The notes under the pieces: model-generated
What the model was told of the DNA's origin: nothing
Database searches by the model: none
The model's input: only the letters and a program-made list of their open reading frames with translations
Source: Marsupella aquatica
Lineage: Eukaryota; Plantae; Marchantiophyta
DNA: 64,000 bases
Direction of reading: 5' to 3'
Assembly: GCA_973895155.1 (NCBI GenBank)
Contig: OZ316898.1
Location: forward strand, 6,621,079-6,685,078
Shown here: one piece after another, positions 24,951 through 39,300 of the stretch
Layout of the letters: each line of letters starts with the position of its first letter
Numbering within the stretch: position 1 is the first letter of the stretch
Position numbers and translations under genes: made by a program

Positions 24951-27911
24951 CTTAAGCTTTGATTATAGTTTGTAAACTCACACTTTTTGTGCTCAATGCC
25001 GTCAAGATTAGGAAAAAACTCAAACACAACCATGAACATTCAAACACAATGCGATATTTGAACACAAGGCCATATTCAAACACAAAGCCCGGGCATTGTG
25101 TTAAAATGATGTTGTGTTTGAGTTAAAACAACCTTTTTTTACCGGGACTAAAAAATTTCAACTTTCAAACACAACGCCCGGGCGATGTGTTCGGGGGAAG
25201 ACGGTAGCCATAGTGACCAAGAACAGCCTGTCAACTAAAATCTATTGTCGGGTGTCTGAGATACTTTATGGGTTTATCTGGCAAGCTCACCTTACTTGGC
25301 CCCAAACTTTATTGAGTATGGTTAGCTAAGGTTGACCTTGGTTAAAACAACTAAAACCTTTGTCATTGATAGTGACCATGGTGGTGGGCTCCATTTGATC
25401 TATGGCCAAACTCTGACCATAGATCCAAACACAGCTAACTTGGGTCAACCTGGGTTAAACGAGTCTAGTCATTAATTAAAATAAAACATGGGACAATTAT
25501 GAAGAAAGAGTGTGAACGTATCAAATTTCCCGATTGTGTGAATTAACTACATTATCAGGATTCCCTCCACCTGACGAGGATGTGCTAAGTCAGACATGAT
25601 CCTCCATAGCACAGTCATGACCCACACCTTTTCAATTCCTGTAGTAGTAGTGTACCATGATTTCAGCAGCAACAACGCGGTTGCTACCTCCACTCTTTGA
25701 CTCAGTCGACGCCCAAGCCAACCCAGGTCAGCTCCTGCTCACTGGTGGGGTTACAATGGACGGCCCGATGAGAAATTGTGCTTCACGTAAGTCCTTGTGA
25801 CCCTCGATCTTCTCCCTGGGAACTGTGGTTAAAGGTGGAGTGTGAGTTAGAGCCTTTTCGGGTGAATCAAATTCTTCCGAATAGTGCACTACTGTAGTGT
25901 ACCGACAAAGACCGAATTGCACAGTACTGTGTTTCAGGATTCCATCCAATTGACTTTTCTGTCCTTTCTTCTCCAATTTTACTAAATACGGTTTACTGTT
26001 TTTTCCTTGTTTTTGGGAGTCGAGTTCTGTTGTTTTGGGCTTTCTTGTGGTCTTGTCGTCACTGGTCTTGACCTCCAGAGTCTAGACCCTGTGAACTATT
26101 TCATTCTGTCCTCCTTGCGGTACCGTTTAGCTCTGATTGATTCTGGGGTTCTCGAGGTCTTTTTCCAATTGCAGGATTCTCCAACATCGGGGTGTGTTTT
26201 CAGAGAGGGAATGGAAGTCTGATCATGAAGGAGAGCTGGAAATTTGGAAATGTAACGGCAGCTGATGGGAAGGGTAAGTGGGTCTGAATTATGTCATCCA
26301 CTCATCCGATTGGAATGATTTCAGCTCATCATTATCTTCCATGAGCTATCCTACCACTGGTGCTCAGCGGACGGAAAACTGGGTTTTCGTTTTGCCTTGG
26401 TTGTGTCTGCCTATTGAGGGATTGGAGAGATTGAGGGGGTTTGGTAGGAACTTGATTGATGAATGAATCATGAATTTGATACTGATCGTCGACCCCATCC
26501 AAGGAGAATACTTGTGAGGGGCTCAATGCCCCATCCAGAATTCTGCGGTGGTAGAGGACGGACTGCAGTGTGCAGAAAGTCGTGTTGACGAGATCTAGAC
26601 ATGATTGTGATGACGCCCATCGTCATGCTTTCGAACGTCAGGTCCCCAACCAAGTGGTCGTCGCCCTCACTGAGCTCCTTCATCGTGTTCTTCCTTCCTC
26701 GTCTTCGTTCTCGAGTCAGACAAGATCATTGGTAGATACGAGACAAACCTTCTCTCCCGGACCGAGGTAAAGTTTTGGTTGATTTGGGGATCTCTTCCTC
26801 AGATGGTTTTCACCCTGATGTCTTTTGCAGCAGCAGCTACTGCTGTGATCCATATCTGCCAAGCCGAGTTGCTTACACAATCAGGCATCTTATGTTCGCA
26901 AACTCGTGGTATACAGTATTGCAGTCCAGCACGGCCACATCCCATTCTCGTTTACTGACTAAACAAACAATACAGAGCCCGTTACGGTAGCTCATCATCT
27001 CGTCCTTTTCTTCTTCTTGAAGCAGATAGCAAAATCAGCTTGTTCTGTCACAAAGCTAGCTAACCACAGTAGCCTCTACGAGATATTGGCCGTGTTATTG
27101 TCGGTGAGTATTAGTTTGAGTGATACTGCAAGGCGGGGCTTCATTGCAGTTGCTCAAGTTTGCTCTTAGGGAATAGCGTTTGGTTTTGGTTGCGTTGCTC
27201 TTGGCAGGACAGGACAGGACAGGGCAGGGCAGGACAGGGCTGGGCTGAGCTAGAGAGACGGACGAGAGCTTTTTCAATTAGCAAGGCAAGATGTGTTAGT
27301 TGTCCAGCTGAGTTTGTGTTTGTTCTCTCAGACGTTGACTTAATCGGTTGCGCAGGGAGTGTGCAAGCACCGAAAGAGCCAAAGAGCGCCGTGAAGTGGA
27401 GGACGGAAAACCATTGGGATTGTGGAAAATGGTGGTCGAAACATGTACGCAGATGGGGGAGCCAGATCGGGCGGCAGACATGCTCAGACGACGTAGTAGA
27501 GCGGTCGCTAGTAGAGTTGGGTAGTCACGGCCACCACTGTTAGGTCGCGGATGGGTGGAGCAATTGGACTTGGGTATCAGATTTCGTTGGGCAAATCCGC
27601 TTCAGGATGAGCAACAGCACCTGATTTCGGGAGGGTCGCTGGTGGAGCTAGTGTAGTCTCTGCCTCTTCTCCTGCAAGCGATTGGATCTTCCTTCTTGGA
27701 GAGTCTCAACAGAATCAAGAAGAGTCGAATTATTTAATTATTGACTCGGACGCTTAAACCGAGCGTACTGTCAGTCAACTGTGCAGTTTTCAAAGGGGTT
27801 CAGCTTTTCTCTCAGGTGAGGTGAAATAAAGTAGAGGCGGGTTTTCACCGGACATAGGCAGGAGGCAGACAGACAGACAGACAGACAGAAAGATAGGTAG
27901 ACAGTGGAAAG

Positions 27912-30900
27912 ATGTCTCTGCTTCTCGAGGACCAAGTGGTTTTGGAGGGGCACAAGGTTACTGCATCTCTGACTCGATCAGGAGTATTGCGATGGGAAGG
28001 TTGGGGTAAAGAGAAAATCAGCAACCTGGACATTCTGAATGACGTGATTGGAGTTTCCAGAGGTGTAGCTTCTCTCACGTTTCACTCATTTCTTCATGGA
28101 AGCACTAAATGCTGCGGAGGTCGTCCGAACAGGGTCAGAAAGGATTATCTCATGGAATTTGGTGCAGCTGGCGATGCGTATAACAATTGGAGCCGCGGAA
28201 TTCAGCGTGTTCTGGATAATTCTGGTTTGTTTGCCCGTCCTTTGTATTTTGATCCAATCTAATGGAAGCAACGGAGAAATCTGCGTTGAGGTGATCAGAT
28301 CTTGCTTTTCAGTGATTTAGGAGGGTAATCACTATTGCTAATGGCTCCTGGATCATTTATATGGTTCTCAACTGGCAGTTCGTTTCGTGCAGGTAGACCA
28401 AAGCGGCTACTAGTTCTCGTGAACCCTTTTGGTGGCAAAAGTCTTGGGAGGAAAGTTTTTACAGAGGAAGTCGAACCTCTGTTGAACGTAGCTGGGATTC
28501 AAATTATGATGCGAGGTTAGAGCTGCAATCCTACTTCCAGTTCCAACCTTGCGAACTTCAAGCTTGGAAGTGAATATCTGTGACATCATTTTGAAATAAC
28601 AACTCATTTCAGCCTGCGTGAAAATGTCTAACATGGCTAATTGGCTTCCTTATCTCGTTTTGCCTCCAATGTCTGATGCTATTTGTGTTTGATTCAGAAA
28701 CCCAGTTTCAGATGCATGCCAAAGACCTGGCCAAGTCTTTTGATTTGTCCCAGTATGACGGGATTGTTTGTGTCAGCGGGGATGGTGTTCTAGCGGAGGT
28801 ATGCAATTGCTCAAACCTTTTTTTCATATTTTGGCAAGATCGTTTTTGGCTCCCGTGTTTCTGGGATTTTTTTATCCATTTTGTGACAATCTCCTGAACT
28901 GACGGTAGCTGTAAATCGAGTAAATGGAGCCCGTTTGTTCTGCGAGTTTATCTATTCGGGGAATTGTATTTTGGCACTTTGAATAGAAAATTCAATGTAG
29001 TTGTTGCTGATAGACTGATTTACTTTCGAGTCGGGTTGGATGGATTCCTGACGATTTGGCACAAATTAGCAGATGTACATTGAGTTTACATTAGCAGTTT
29101 GTATGTACTCCAAGATGAGACGACGGTTGCTGTTTGAGAAGCCTTTGTCACTCAGCTCAGATGTTGCCTTACTTTTCAGGTTCTCATATCGTACCTACTC
29201 AAATTAAGGAACGTGTTTTATTCTCTGGAAATGTACAGGTGTTAAATGGGCTGTTAGAGAGAGCAGATTGGGAACGTGCAATTAAGATGCCACTTGGTGT
29301 CATACCTGCAGGTGAGATGATACGTACAGTTTAGTAAAAGATTTCGTCTCCTTCGCTGCTCTTTCTATGTCCGTGATATTTGATGAAACTTGCAGTTAAG
29401 ATCCTGGCTCACTGCAATAAGATTGTCAGCCGTTGGTTTTGTTGACTTGGGCCTTGTATTCTATCTATTTCCAATCCAGACTCCTGCATGATGTGAGAAG
29501 GATTGATAACACTACCAATTTACCAGAACTTGTGTTTACCAATTATCTAATGCTATGTAATCAAAGGGATCAGATCTGGCCACCATTATAGATGAGATCA
29601 GAAAGATGTTGACTACTTCTGGGATTGAAAACTCTATGCTTGTACACGACAGAAAGTTGGTTACCTGGGGAATTTGGGAGATACTGGACAGCTATAAGTG
29701 ATTCTGTTGAGACGCGATGCTAAAATTTGCGAAAGATGTTAACTTATGTTTAATCTAGTTGGCACCACAGTTATATAACTTTTACAGAAAATCCTCTGGG
29801 TTTATCCTTGTTTTCGGAAAGAAATCACTCGTAGACGGAAAAGCTCTACGGTCTGGCATAAAACGTTTGGGAAATTTACAGGCAAACCACCGGGTTAACC
29901 CATGGATCAGAAAGAAACTGTGCTGTCCTTAGTAGTGTTTTGGTCGTGTGACAGGATAGGACAAAAACTATGACGAGGCTAATTATAGTCTAGAGTTTGG
30001 GCTCTGATATGGTGGACTACTTTAGGGTGCTTTGTAGGTTTGAGAACACTGAAACAATAGAAATTGAGTAGTAGAATGGAAATGAATCCGTTTTCATTCT
30101 GAACAGTCCTCTTTGAAGTAGACGAATTTAGATACGGTTCGCCACTTCGAGTCAATTGAATTGATACCAGTCTTGAATTATCAGAAATAGACCTCATGGT
30201 ATTTGTTTCAGTGAACAAGAAATTAATGAATTAACGAATACTAGGATGTAGATGCAGTTCGTGAAAATGGTGTTTTGGGAATCACGATCTTCTTGATCTG
30301 AATTTCATTAATCTTAAAGTCCTTTGATTCCCAAATTGGTACAAGGGATTTGTTTTGGGAACTATTTCGTGCGATTGCGATACCATTTTCGTCTTACTTT
30401 TGTTGGCGTTTTAATGTGTTTGTAACATGCCATGGATTTCTACTGCTCCTTGTGTGGCTGCCCGGTACTGATGCAAACCACAAACTTCTCCTGCTATAGG
30501 GACAGGGAATGGAATGGCAAAATCCATTTTAGAAGCTGGAAATGAAGAATACAATGCTGCCAATGCAACTTTTGCTATCATTCGAGGTGCCTGTTTGCCC
30601 TTCATGTACTACTTTGCTGTAGGACGTATTTTGTCCACAATAATAGAATCCAGGTGCAGCTACTTGAGAGATCTTTTGTAAATAGTGTGACGGGGTCTTT
30701 CTGCTGCGTCAAAGAATATTCTATGAACATTCGACAGTGCCTTCCTGATGAGTTGTCTTGTTTTGTTCAGGTCACAAGCAGGCACTAGATGTTGCCACAT
30801 GTATACAAGGTCAAGTCAAGTATCATAGTCTGTTGATGTTGTCATGGGGTAAGGACTCTCCTTCTGGAAGGGCAGGTACTTTTGCTAGAGAAAGTTTTAT

Positions 30901-32473
30901 TGCACGCTGAGATTCCCTAGAATGGGATTGGAATTAATTGCACTACTGCGTTTAATCCCCAAAATGTTGGTGTTAAGGTCAATCGCAAAAGATTACCGAG
31001 TCCGTTTGACAGAGCACCTGTTGGCTTGATGGTTATTTCAGGATTTGTCAGCGATGTTGACTTCGAGTCGGAAAAGTTTAGATACCTTGGTGGTCTTCGA
31101 ATTGATCTCCAGGTAAAGAGTCTGTTTTCTAAAGCATTATATGACAAAATCCTTGCGTTTTTAGGGGCGCTCTTGTTTTTATTCTCTATATACGATTATC
31201 TGGTAACAACTGAGAGGAAGGCAATTTGTTGGAATAAATTACACATTGAACAAGTTTCTTATGACACGATGGAGTCTCACTCAACTATGATGACGATAGT
31301 CATTTCCCTGAATGAAGGTGTGGGTCGATGGCCACAAAATGCCCTGATTTTTCAATTTAGGCTTTTTCTATCAGCAAATAGAAGTACGAGTTTTTGAAAG
31401 ATGAACTTTGGATGCCGTAGATACGGCTGTCAAATTTGTGTAGACAGGATTTCTGCACTCATTTCAATGTTTGTCAATGACAGGCATATATTCGTCTCTT
31501 TTGGTTGCGGCACTATAGTGGCAGCCTCGCCTACATTCCAGCAGAAGGATCAGAAAACATCGGAGATCCAGTTACAGGTCTAGAGGAGACCAAACTTCTT
31601 GAAAAGGCACCTGACAGTGATACTGAAAGGCCGTGGCGGAAAAATGGGTTTTCAACACCGCTAGGTTCCCCATTAAACGGTAACTGGCGGTCAATGGAGG
31701 GATCATTTATATACATATGGGCTCAGAATGTGCCGTATGCAGGCACAGATATTCTGCCTGCCCCTAAGGCCAAGGTAGGGTGATGTTGGTTGTGGGCTTA
31801 TGGACGCTCTCACCCTGCAGGAGGTACAAATAGGCAGTTAGGCTTGTGGTGTAGTCTATATTGATCAAAATCTAGGTCCATGTGTTAACCTTGCTCGGTT
31901 GGTTTATGTTACTAAATGGAAGTCATATGCGTGCAGTTTTCGGATGGATACTATGATCTGATTGTCATCCGTGATTGTCCTCGATGGAGGCTTATTAGTA
32001 TACTGCTGTCCATGAAAAACGGGACTCACATCAAGTCCAAGTACGTGCATTATCTAAAGGTAACATTGCACTCACTCCCTGGTTGCAGTTTCACGAGATT
32101 ATAAGGGTAGCTCACGTTTTTGTGATCTTGGATGTTATCTGCACTAGGATGGGTCTCAAGCTATTCCTGGCTTCTTTGGCACAACTCGTCTAATTCAGGA
32201 TCCGTTGTAAGTTGTTTAGGGTAGCACGGTAGTCCCAGATGACTAATGGTACGAGGGTGAGTTGCGATGCAGGTCAGGGCCTTTCGCCTGGCCCCAGGAG
32301 GGATAGTAGGGGGCTCAATGGAAGGTGGTTTTGTGGACCTTGACGGAGAAATCCTGGCAAGAGGGCAAGGTGCTTACGGTGATGGGAGCAATGACCCAAT
32401 GCTTTATGGCCCGACAATAGATGTGACCGTAGAGAAAGGTCTTGCAACAATATTTGTTCCTCCTTTCGTGTAA
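27912..32473 (+). CDS. SPHK: Sphingosine/long-chain base kinase (DAGKc family), 10 exons: 27912-28224, 28393-28515, 28698-28798, 29239-29311, 30500-30586, 30771-30848, 31042-31112, 31484-31774, 31937-32059, 32273-32473
   Basis: Conserved motifs RPKRLLVLVNPFGG, CVSGDGVL, PAGTGNGMAKS, DVDFESEKFRYLG, FSDGYYDL and DLDGE. All introns are GT-AG and the phases are consistent. Confidence 0.93.
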
Positions 32474-33820
32474 TGAAAGAGCTAGTCATGTGCTGAATCT
32501 GATCATAGACCAAGCAATCGTGGTAGATCATCAGGTTCTGTTTTGAGTGTACCATATTCTTGGATTACAGTTGCGTTCTGAATTCAGGCTTCGCCTAAGT
32601 GTAATATGCTGTGGTCGTAAGGCTTGTAAATCGTGATTTTCTCACTTGGTTAACTTTTGAAATTAAGTTTTATAATTATCCACCAATTATTTGGGAAGGA
32701 GGATTGAACTTGGCGTCAGTAAATGAATTTTGACATGGAAATACTTTTTCCTTCTTCACTGCCGCATACATAGGGTAGCCGAGCGACCTGTATTTGTGAT
32801 GAACTGGGGCCAAGCACAATAATTCCAATTTTCGCTAGTCTAGATCTTTCTTGCTGCAGGCGGCGGTCACAACTCACTGGCTAGGATTCTCTAGGGGTAG
32901 AATTCTCGAGTGTTGAAAAAACAAGGGTAGCGTCATCAATATATTTTGCTAGCATTGAAAGTCCCAGAAGATATCTTCTTTCCAGGTCAACATAATAGAA
33001 TGCTTCGTTATTGCCTTGGTAACTCTTTGGCCAAATAATGGTCCAAGACGTCTGCAGGTTGCATATTGGGGATACGTGTGTCTGCACCGACTACTTTTTT
33101 CTCGCAGTCTTGTCTTTCTTCTGCATATCTTTGATGCACGGACGCCATGTCTGTTCTTCATTCTTTATTCGTTGTTCAGCCTCTGGTCGCTCTGGGAGTT
33201 AAGTCAGTGCCTAACACTTCTTATGAAGACCGCCAAGTAATGTGTCCGATCAACTTTTTAGCTGCAGGATACTTCGTCCAGGTCCGGCTGGAAAGCATGT
33301 TATTCCTCTCCTTCACTGGAAATGTATATTGATTAGCATTGCTGAAAACAGCTCTATGTAAGTAAAGGAGTTTAAACTTGGATGGGCATTAGGAATTTCA
33401 AAAGAACAAGTGACTCTCTTGAAAAGAAACTATACATGCTTGAAGAGAGGTTTAAAATTGCGAGCCACGTCGAACACACAGAGATCATGGTAGATGGGAT
33501 GTCCAGCCGTTCGAGAAGGATGAAAAGTCTTTGAGCTGACCCAGGTTCATAAATTATATCCCAACATTCAAAGAGTCCATGTTCATGTGCAGCTCTTCCA
33601 TACTCGTCTCTTCCTTAATTTTCAAGATTTCCTGCTTCGAAGAAACATCATGTTCTCATCTAAAACTTGAAAGGCTAACGGAAGAAGGCCAGCTTCTGGC
33701 TTCGGGTCTCACCCCGGCTCATCTATCAACTTCCAGCTTAAAACCAGTGGCTCTTGGAGAACTGGTGCTGTTTACGTGCGTCAACTTCCAGAATACTCCG
33801 TGAAAACTTGCCAAATTCCG

Positions 33821-34013
33821 GCATTCAACTCGCAAGTTGCCATAGTCCCGCATTCACCTCACAAAACAAATGATTCATTCTGCGAGTTGTTACTGACATA
33901 TTCCTGCATTCAACTCACAAGCTGAGATGGCCCTGCATTCAGCTCACAAATACAGGTCGACATATCCCTCGATTCAACTCACAAGTTGCGATGGCTCTGC
34001 ATTCAACTCACAA
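33821..34013. repeat. Array of six GCATTCAACTCACAA motifs arranged as three pairs
   Basis: Motif starts at 33821/33850, 33906/33935 and 33970/33999; each pair is exactly 29 bp apart. Confidence 0.85.
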
Positions 34014-36303
34014 ATGCAGGGTGTTCATCTGCGACATGTTACTGTAAAACTTAGCCACGGCATGTTTTTAAACAACAAGTGCACCCATAAAGAGCTACTG
34101 TAGCTCTCATCAGTATAGAGTGATGATGTTCAGGAATGGTGAGACATTGTTCAACACACAGGAAGGGCTGTCGTCACTTCATAATTACAGTAGGCTCTCT
34201 CTAAGTGCGAACACCATAAGCGTAAAACCTGGATATCTGCAAGCCGTTTGGTCTTCCCTTTTTTTCACACACCGAGTTTGCACCTTTTTGCTCCTTTTCT
34301 AAGTGCAAAAAGGACTGAAATACTTTTGCTAAACCACAAATTCACTAGTGAAAACTCTTGATAGTTGTACACTTATCAATAAGCGCACAATCCCATCAAA
34401 TTGTATTTTTGATAAGTGCATGCCCCGCTGTAGTAGAGCAAAAAAATGCACTTATGGAGTAGGACACTTATTTAGGCCAAGGATGTACAATTTGGTCACT
34501 GATGGAGGGTGTACTCTTATTGATGAGTGCACAACTCTATGGGTTTGCACTTATCACATACTGCAAACCCCCATTCAGTGCACACCACCCAGGAGTGCAC
34601 TTTGAGAACGTTAATTGCATGCGTTTGTTCTAGATTCTAAATCTCAGGTGTGGATCTCAGCTACCTTCGAAGTAGTGTCTTAGAAGGCTCTCTCTTGGAC
34701 TTTTGTGACCTTTCAACAGGGAAAGTTTTATATCTGTAATTTCCAATAATTTGGCTCCATTTGGTGATGGTTTGGGGAACCATGCAACCTAACCATCATG
34801 ATTATATTTACTGTAGTGTCATTGGAAAGGGAAATTATGCTCCCATGGACTGAACCAAGCAGACACCACGGACCCTCTTACCTCATGCACTTCACTCATT
34901 GATACCCTTATGGTTTCCAAATGTTTCTAACAACAAAGTTTGACCCTTTCTGTCCAGCACAATTGGCTCTGCTTGGTTTTGACATATGGAAAGATCTTCT
35001 CGACTAGTTTAATATCACTAGTTTGCATGACGAATTGAGAGGAATATGAATTCACTGGATCATTGACTGTCCACACTTCACGCTTCTAAACCTTTGTTAG
35101 CAGCTAAATTTGACATATAACTATCCAATGGAATCTTATTTTGTTGGATTCATTAGAAAAGGCTTGGAAAGATCTTTCCAGTGAGCCATATATTGCTAAA
35201 TTTCATTGAGGAATTGGGCTACCCACAAATTTTCAAAGATGACTTTTCATTTCCTTGCCACAAGATTTCACTCATCTATGTAATCCGTACTAGATGAGCA
35301 GAAAGGGGATTTCTTGGCAGTCCGGGTTGCAAAAATCTATCCCATCCTTTGGCTAACCTGGATTTTAGGAAGCAGGATGGACTATAGCAAAACACTCTTT
35401 CTAGCGTCAAGTTCCATCCAGGCTTCAATCTCCCGTTGGAACGAGTGCCCGTGGTATTTGACTTGAGTATTAGCTTTGATGGCATGTGCATGCCCCAAAA
35501 GCAAGGTTTTGATTTTCCAGACTCTTGGCACCCTGCCTTGGCAAGTTCTCCACGTCCCCAATCTTGGCCAAAACTGATTTCCACTGTTTTGTCTGGGCCT
35601 AAATAACTTAATCGTAGGCCTTGGAGACACGTCTGAGAAATTAAATATTTATTCCTTTGGTAGCCCGAGTGATTACATCTTGAGCTCCCTTTGGTACTTA
35701 CTGCAATGATGGGCAGGCACTCCACAGTAGCCTCAAGGAAGAGATTTTCTTTGTTTATGTTTGGTTCATTGGTTATGTGGTTTGGGTTTGTGTCCCTCCT
35801 TCGGGTTTCACTTTCACGCTTCTGAGAGCTTGAAGCTATGAACCGGAACCAGTAGAGGAGGTCTTGTCCCACATCTGCTACATCTTTCGTAAAACTTGCT
35901 CTCAGGACAAGAACAAAGATTGTGGCTTTCCCGGTCACTAATTCCATATCAGCGAAGAACATACCATGCAGAACACGATATTCCTCCTGACCTGCTATGT
36001 TCAGAGAGTTGACGTCAGGCTCCTCTCGACAACTTAACTGAATTCTATTCCTCTGGTCCGGCTTCTTTAGGTGGAGGAGTCTCCAGCGTGCAGTGGGTCA
36101 GAGCTCTTCTCAATGTGGTTTTTCCTACTTCAGGAAATCCACAAAGAAATAATTTTTGCAGAAGTAAGGGGGACTACATCCTGATGCACTTATCTGCTCT
36201 CCCCCCTCAAAGCTCTCAGTCAAATGTTCCGAGCCCTGTACTCATTCACCTTTGTCTTCAATGCAGGATCGTTCACTTGATTCCATTCAATATCAAATGT
36301 AAT

Positions 36304-39300
36304 TGTCGTTTACCTCTTTTGTCGATCTCCTGTTATCTTGACACCTGTTTTAGTTTAGACTCTACGCTACCCCAGGCGCGCCCCCACTGGCTTTTCACCT
36401 GGAGTTTTTTACTTTTCCCCTTCTGCCTTTTCCGGGGAAAAAATCTTGATGTCCATTTTGACATCTATTTGTTCTCTCTCTTGAATGAAAGCAGTACGCA
36501 TTATTTTCATTCCATCTTTTGTGCAAGAGTTTTTCCTGTCGATCACGACTGTCAATCACAGGTTATGGGCCAGTTGAAGTCTACAACACTCTTTCACGAC
36601 TAATCCGTGCATTCTAGTCTGAGTGATTTCCTGTCACTAAGCAGTAGTTCTTGCTGGTTTCCGCTAGTTTTTTCTGCATCTGGATCTAGTTTTGCGTCAC
36701 TATTTTCATACACCATGCCTTCCAATTTCACGGGAGGCTACAACATTCATTTGGTCCCCCACCTTCTAGGTAGTTCTAACTACAAATCTTGGAAACGTAA
36801 CATCAGTGCAACTATTCGTGCATCCGGTGTCTGGAAATACATCGATGGCACTGCCATTGCTCCTATCCAACGCCCTGCCGAACTTGATTATGTTTTCCAA
36901 GAACGACTTGATACTCATGATCTTAAGGAAGCGCAGGCCAGGAACATAATTCTTTCCACTTGTTCCGAAAGCATTCAGTTCTCCCTCGATCATGCTACAA
37001 CTGCTCAGGAATGCTGGACTAACCTGGCTGATGCCTTCGCTTCTGAAGGAATTATCCAGAAATTTGACGTTTGGGCACATTATGCTAGAATGCTTTATAA
37101 TGGAGAACCGATAGAAGAATACTGCAATACGTATCGATCAACATTGGAGCGTGTTCAGAGTGTCGGTATTAAGCTTGATGATGACATCAAACCTTTACAT
37201 TTTATAAGCAGTGTAGAACGTCACTTTTCAAACTGGTCTTTCTCTAAGCGGGAGCAGATGCGCACTTCACCGAAGACACTTCCATCTCTTGCTGCTCTTA
37301 TTCGTGACCTTACGGACGAATGTTGGCGATTGAATTTGGAACAGGACAATGCATTATCCTCTTCTGTTTTCCAACTCCAGACTACTTCTTCGTTTCCTAA
37401 TCCTCCAGTGTTTCTCCGTCACCTACCGTATCCTCATCTTCCAAGAAACCTTTGAAACGTGATACCTGTATTTTCTGTAGCATTCCTGGTCATAGAGATG
37501 ATCGTTGTTTTTACAAACACACACATATCAGGCCTGAAGGCTGGCAACCTCATCCCAGCATTTTAAAACGATTACAGACCCGTGTCCCTGCTAATCGTTC
37601 TATACTCAGTGTTGCCTCTTCCTCCGTTCCTTCTGTCTCTACTAATACTCCGACACATCTTCATGATGAAGAGACTGTGGATCTTTTCTCTGGCAACCTC
37701 CATGTTGCATTTAATCATCAGTTAACCCCTGGTCTCCATCCTGACGTTTGGATTGCTGATTCGGGCGCTAGTCATCATTTTTGTAACAATCGCGCCAGTT
37801 TTACTACGTACACTCCTGATCCCCTTCCAATCAATACCGGTTCAGGATCTACTATTTCCCCTGGTCGAGGCTCAGTCGTCCTTCAAATACAGCAATCTGA
37901 TGGTTCTTCCAAGGAAACAGAACTTAGTAATGTTCGATACATGCCATCCAGTTTTCTTAACACCATTTCTGAAGATCTGCTTGAGCAATGCTGTATTTTT
38001 TGGAACGGTGAACTTCAGAAGTTCATTCACTCTCCTACCGGTGACGAGTTTGCTACCATCAAGAAACATAATGGCCTGAAGACTTTCACGATTTTACCAG
38101 TTACTCAGTTGGCAATATCTTCTCATTCACAGTCTGATGATATCAATATTTGGCATCGAAGATTGGCACACCTTCATCCGGCTGCCATTCATACTCTTCT
38201 TCAACGTCTTCATATTACACTTTCTGATTCTACTCCATTTCGACACTGTGAAGTATGTGCCTTGGCCAAGTCTGCTCGGATTATTTCACGATTTCCACAC
38301 GCTCGTGCTACAGCCCCGTTTCAAAAGGTTCATTTCGATCTTTGCGGCAAAATTCCTACTCCTGGCATTGGTGACAAGCATTATTTTCTTGTCATTACTG
38401 ATGATTTCTCTTGTAACCGGTGGACCACGACCTTGACTTACAAGAATGAGGCATTGGCGCTGATTCAAAAGTTTTTTCAAATGGTAACTACTCAATACAA
38501 ATCTTCTATTCTTGAAGTCCATCTTGATAATGGTCTTGAATTTGGCGGCAATCAGCTAAAGGATTTTTTGGAACACCAAGGCGTACACATTTTCAACTCT
38601 GCTCCCTATCATCACGAACAGAACGGGATTGCTGAACGCGCCATTGGAGTTATTTCTGCTAAGGCCCGAGCCATGATGATTGACTCTCATCTTCCCAAAT
38701 TACTTTGGCCAGAAGCGGTTCTGACGGCAACATACCTTGCTAATCACTCACCTACTTCTGTTAATCCTCTATCTGAGCCTCCTGCTTCTTGCCTTGCTAC
38801 CGTTTTACACCTTCCTTACGTTTTCCGTTTTGACCGGCTTCATGTTTTTGGTGCCCTTGCCTATGTTCATATTCCTCCTGAGACTCGTCTCCGTGGTGAC
38901 AAATTTATTGCTCGGGCCAAAAAAGGTTACTTCGTTGGTTATGCCACGAGTCAAAATTTTTGTATCTGGTTTCCACATAATTCCTCCATTATTCAATTCG
39001 CTTATGTGCATTTTGATGAAACATCTGAGCGTGATTCGTCTTTTCAAATTCCTAAGTCTACAGTTTCTTCTTCCCCTGATTATGTGGAGATTTTTGTCCC
39101 TTCTTTTGTTCCCCGACTTATTCGTCCGTCTGATAATCCTGACATTGGAACACCTCACCAATCACTTCTTCCCATTATTCCTCCTCCTCTTGGTACTCTG
39201 CCACTTGAGGAACTACATGCAGATTTGCAGGCCACTCCCGTGATCACCCGTGTTTCTTCTCGATCCAATAAAGGTGTTCCTCCTGTTCGTTTTCGAGATA

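Noticed and set aside
27200-27890. (GGACA/GGGCA)n and (CAGA)n tracts upstream of SPHK
   Set aside because: Ordinary short microsatellites.
33821-34013. CRISPR-like repeat-spacer array
   Set aside because: Repeats are only 15 bp, the spacers resemble each other, there are no cas genes and the context is eukaryotic.
35276-35815. C-terminal part of the 228-aa ORF as a novel Roc fusion protein
   Set aside because: Chance read-through from a truncated pseudogene into unrelated inserted DNA; the upstream gene is disabled.
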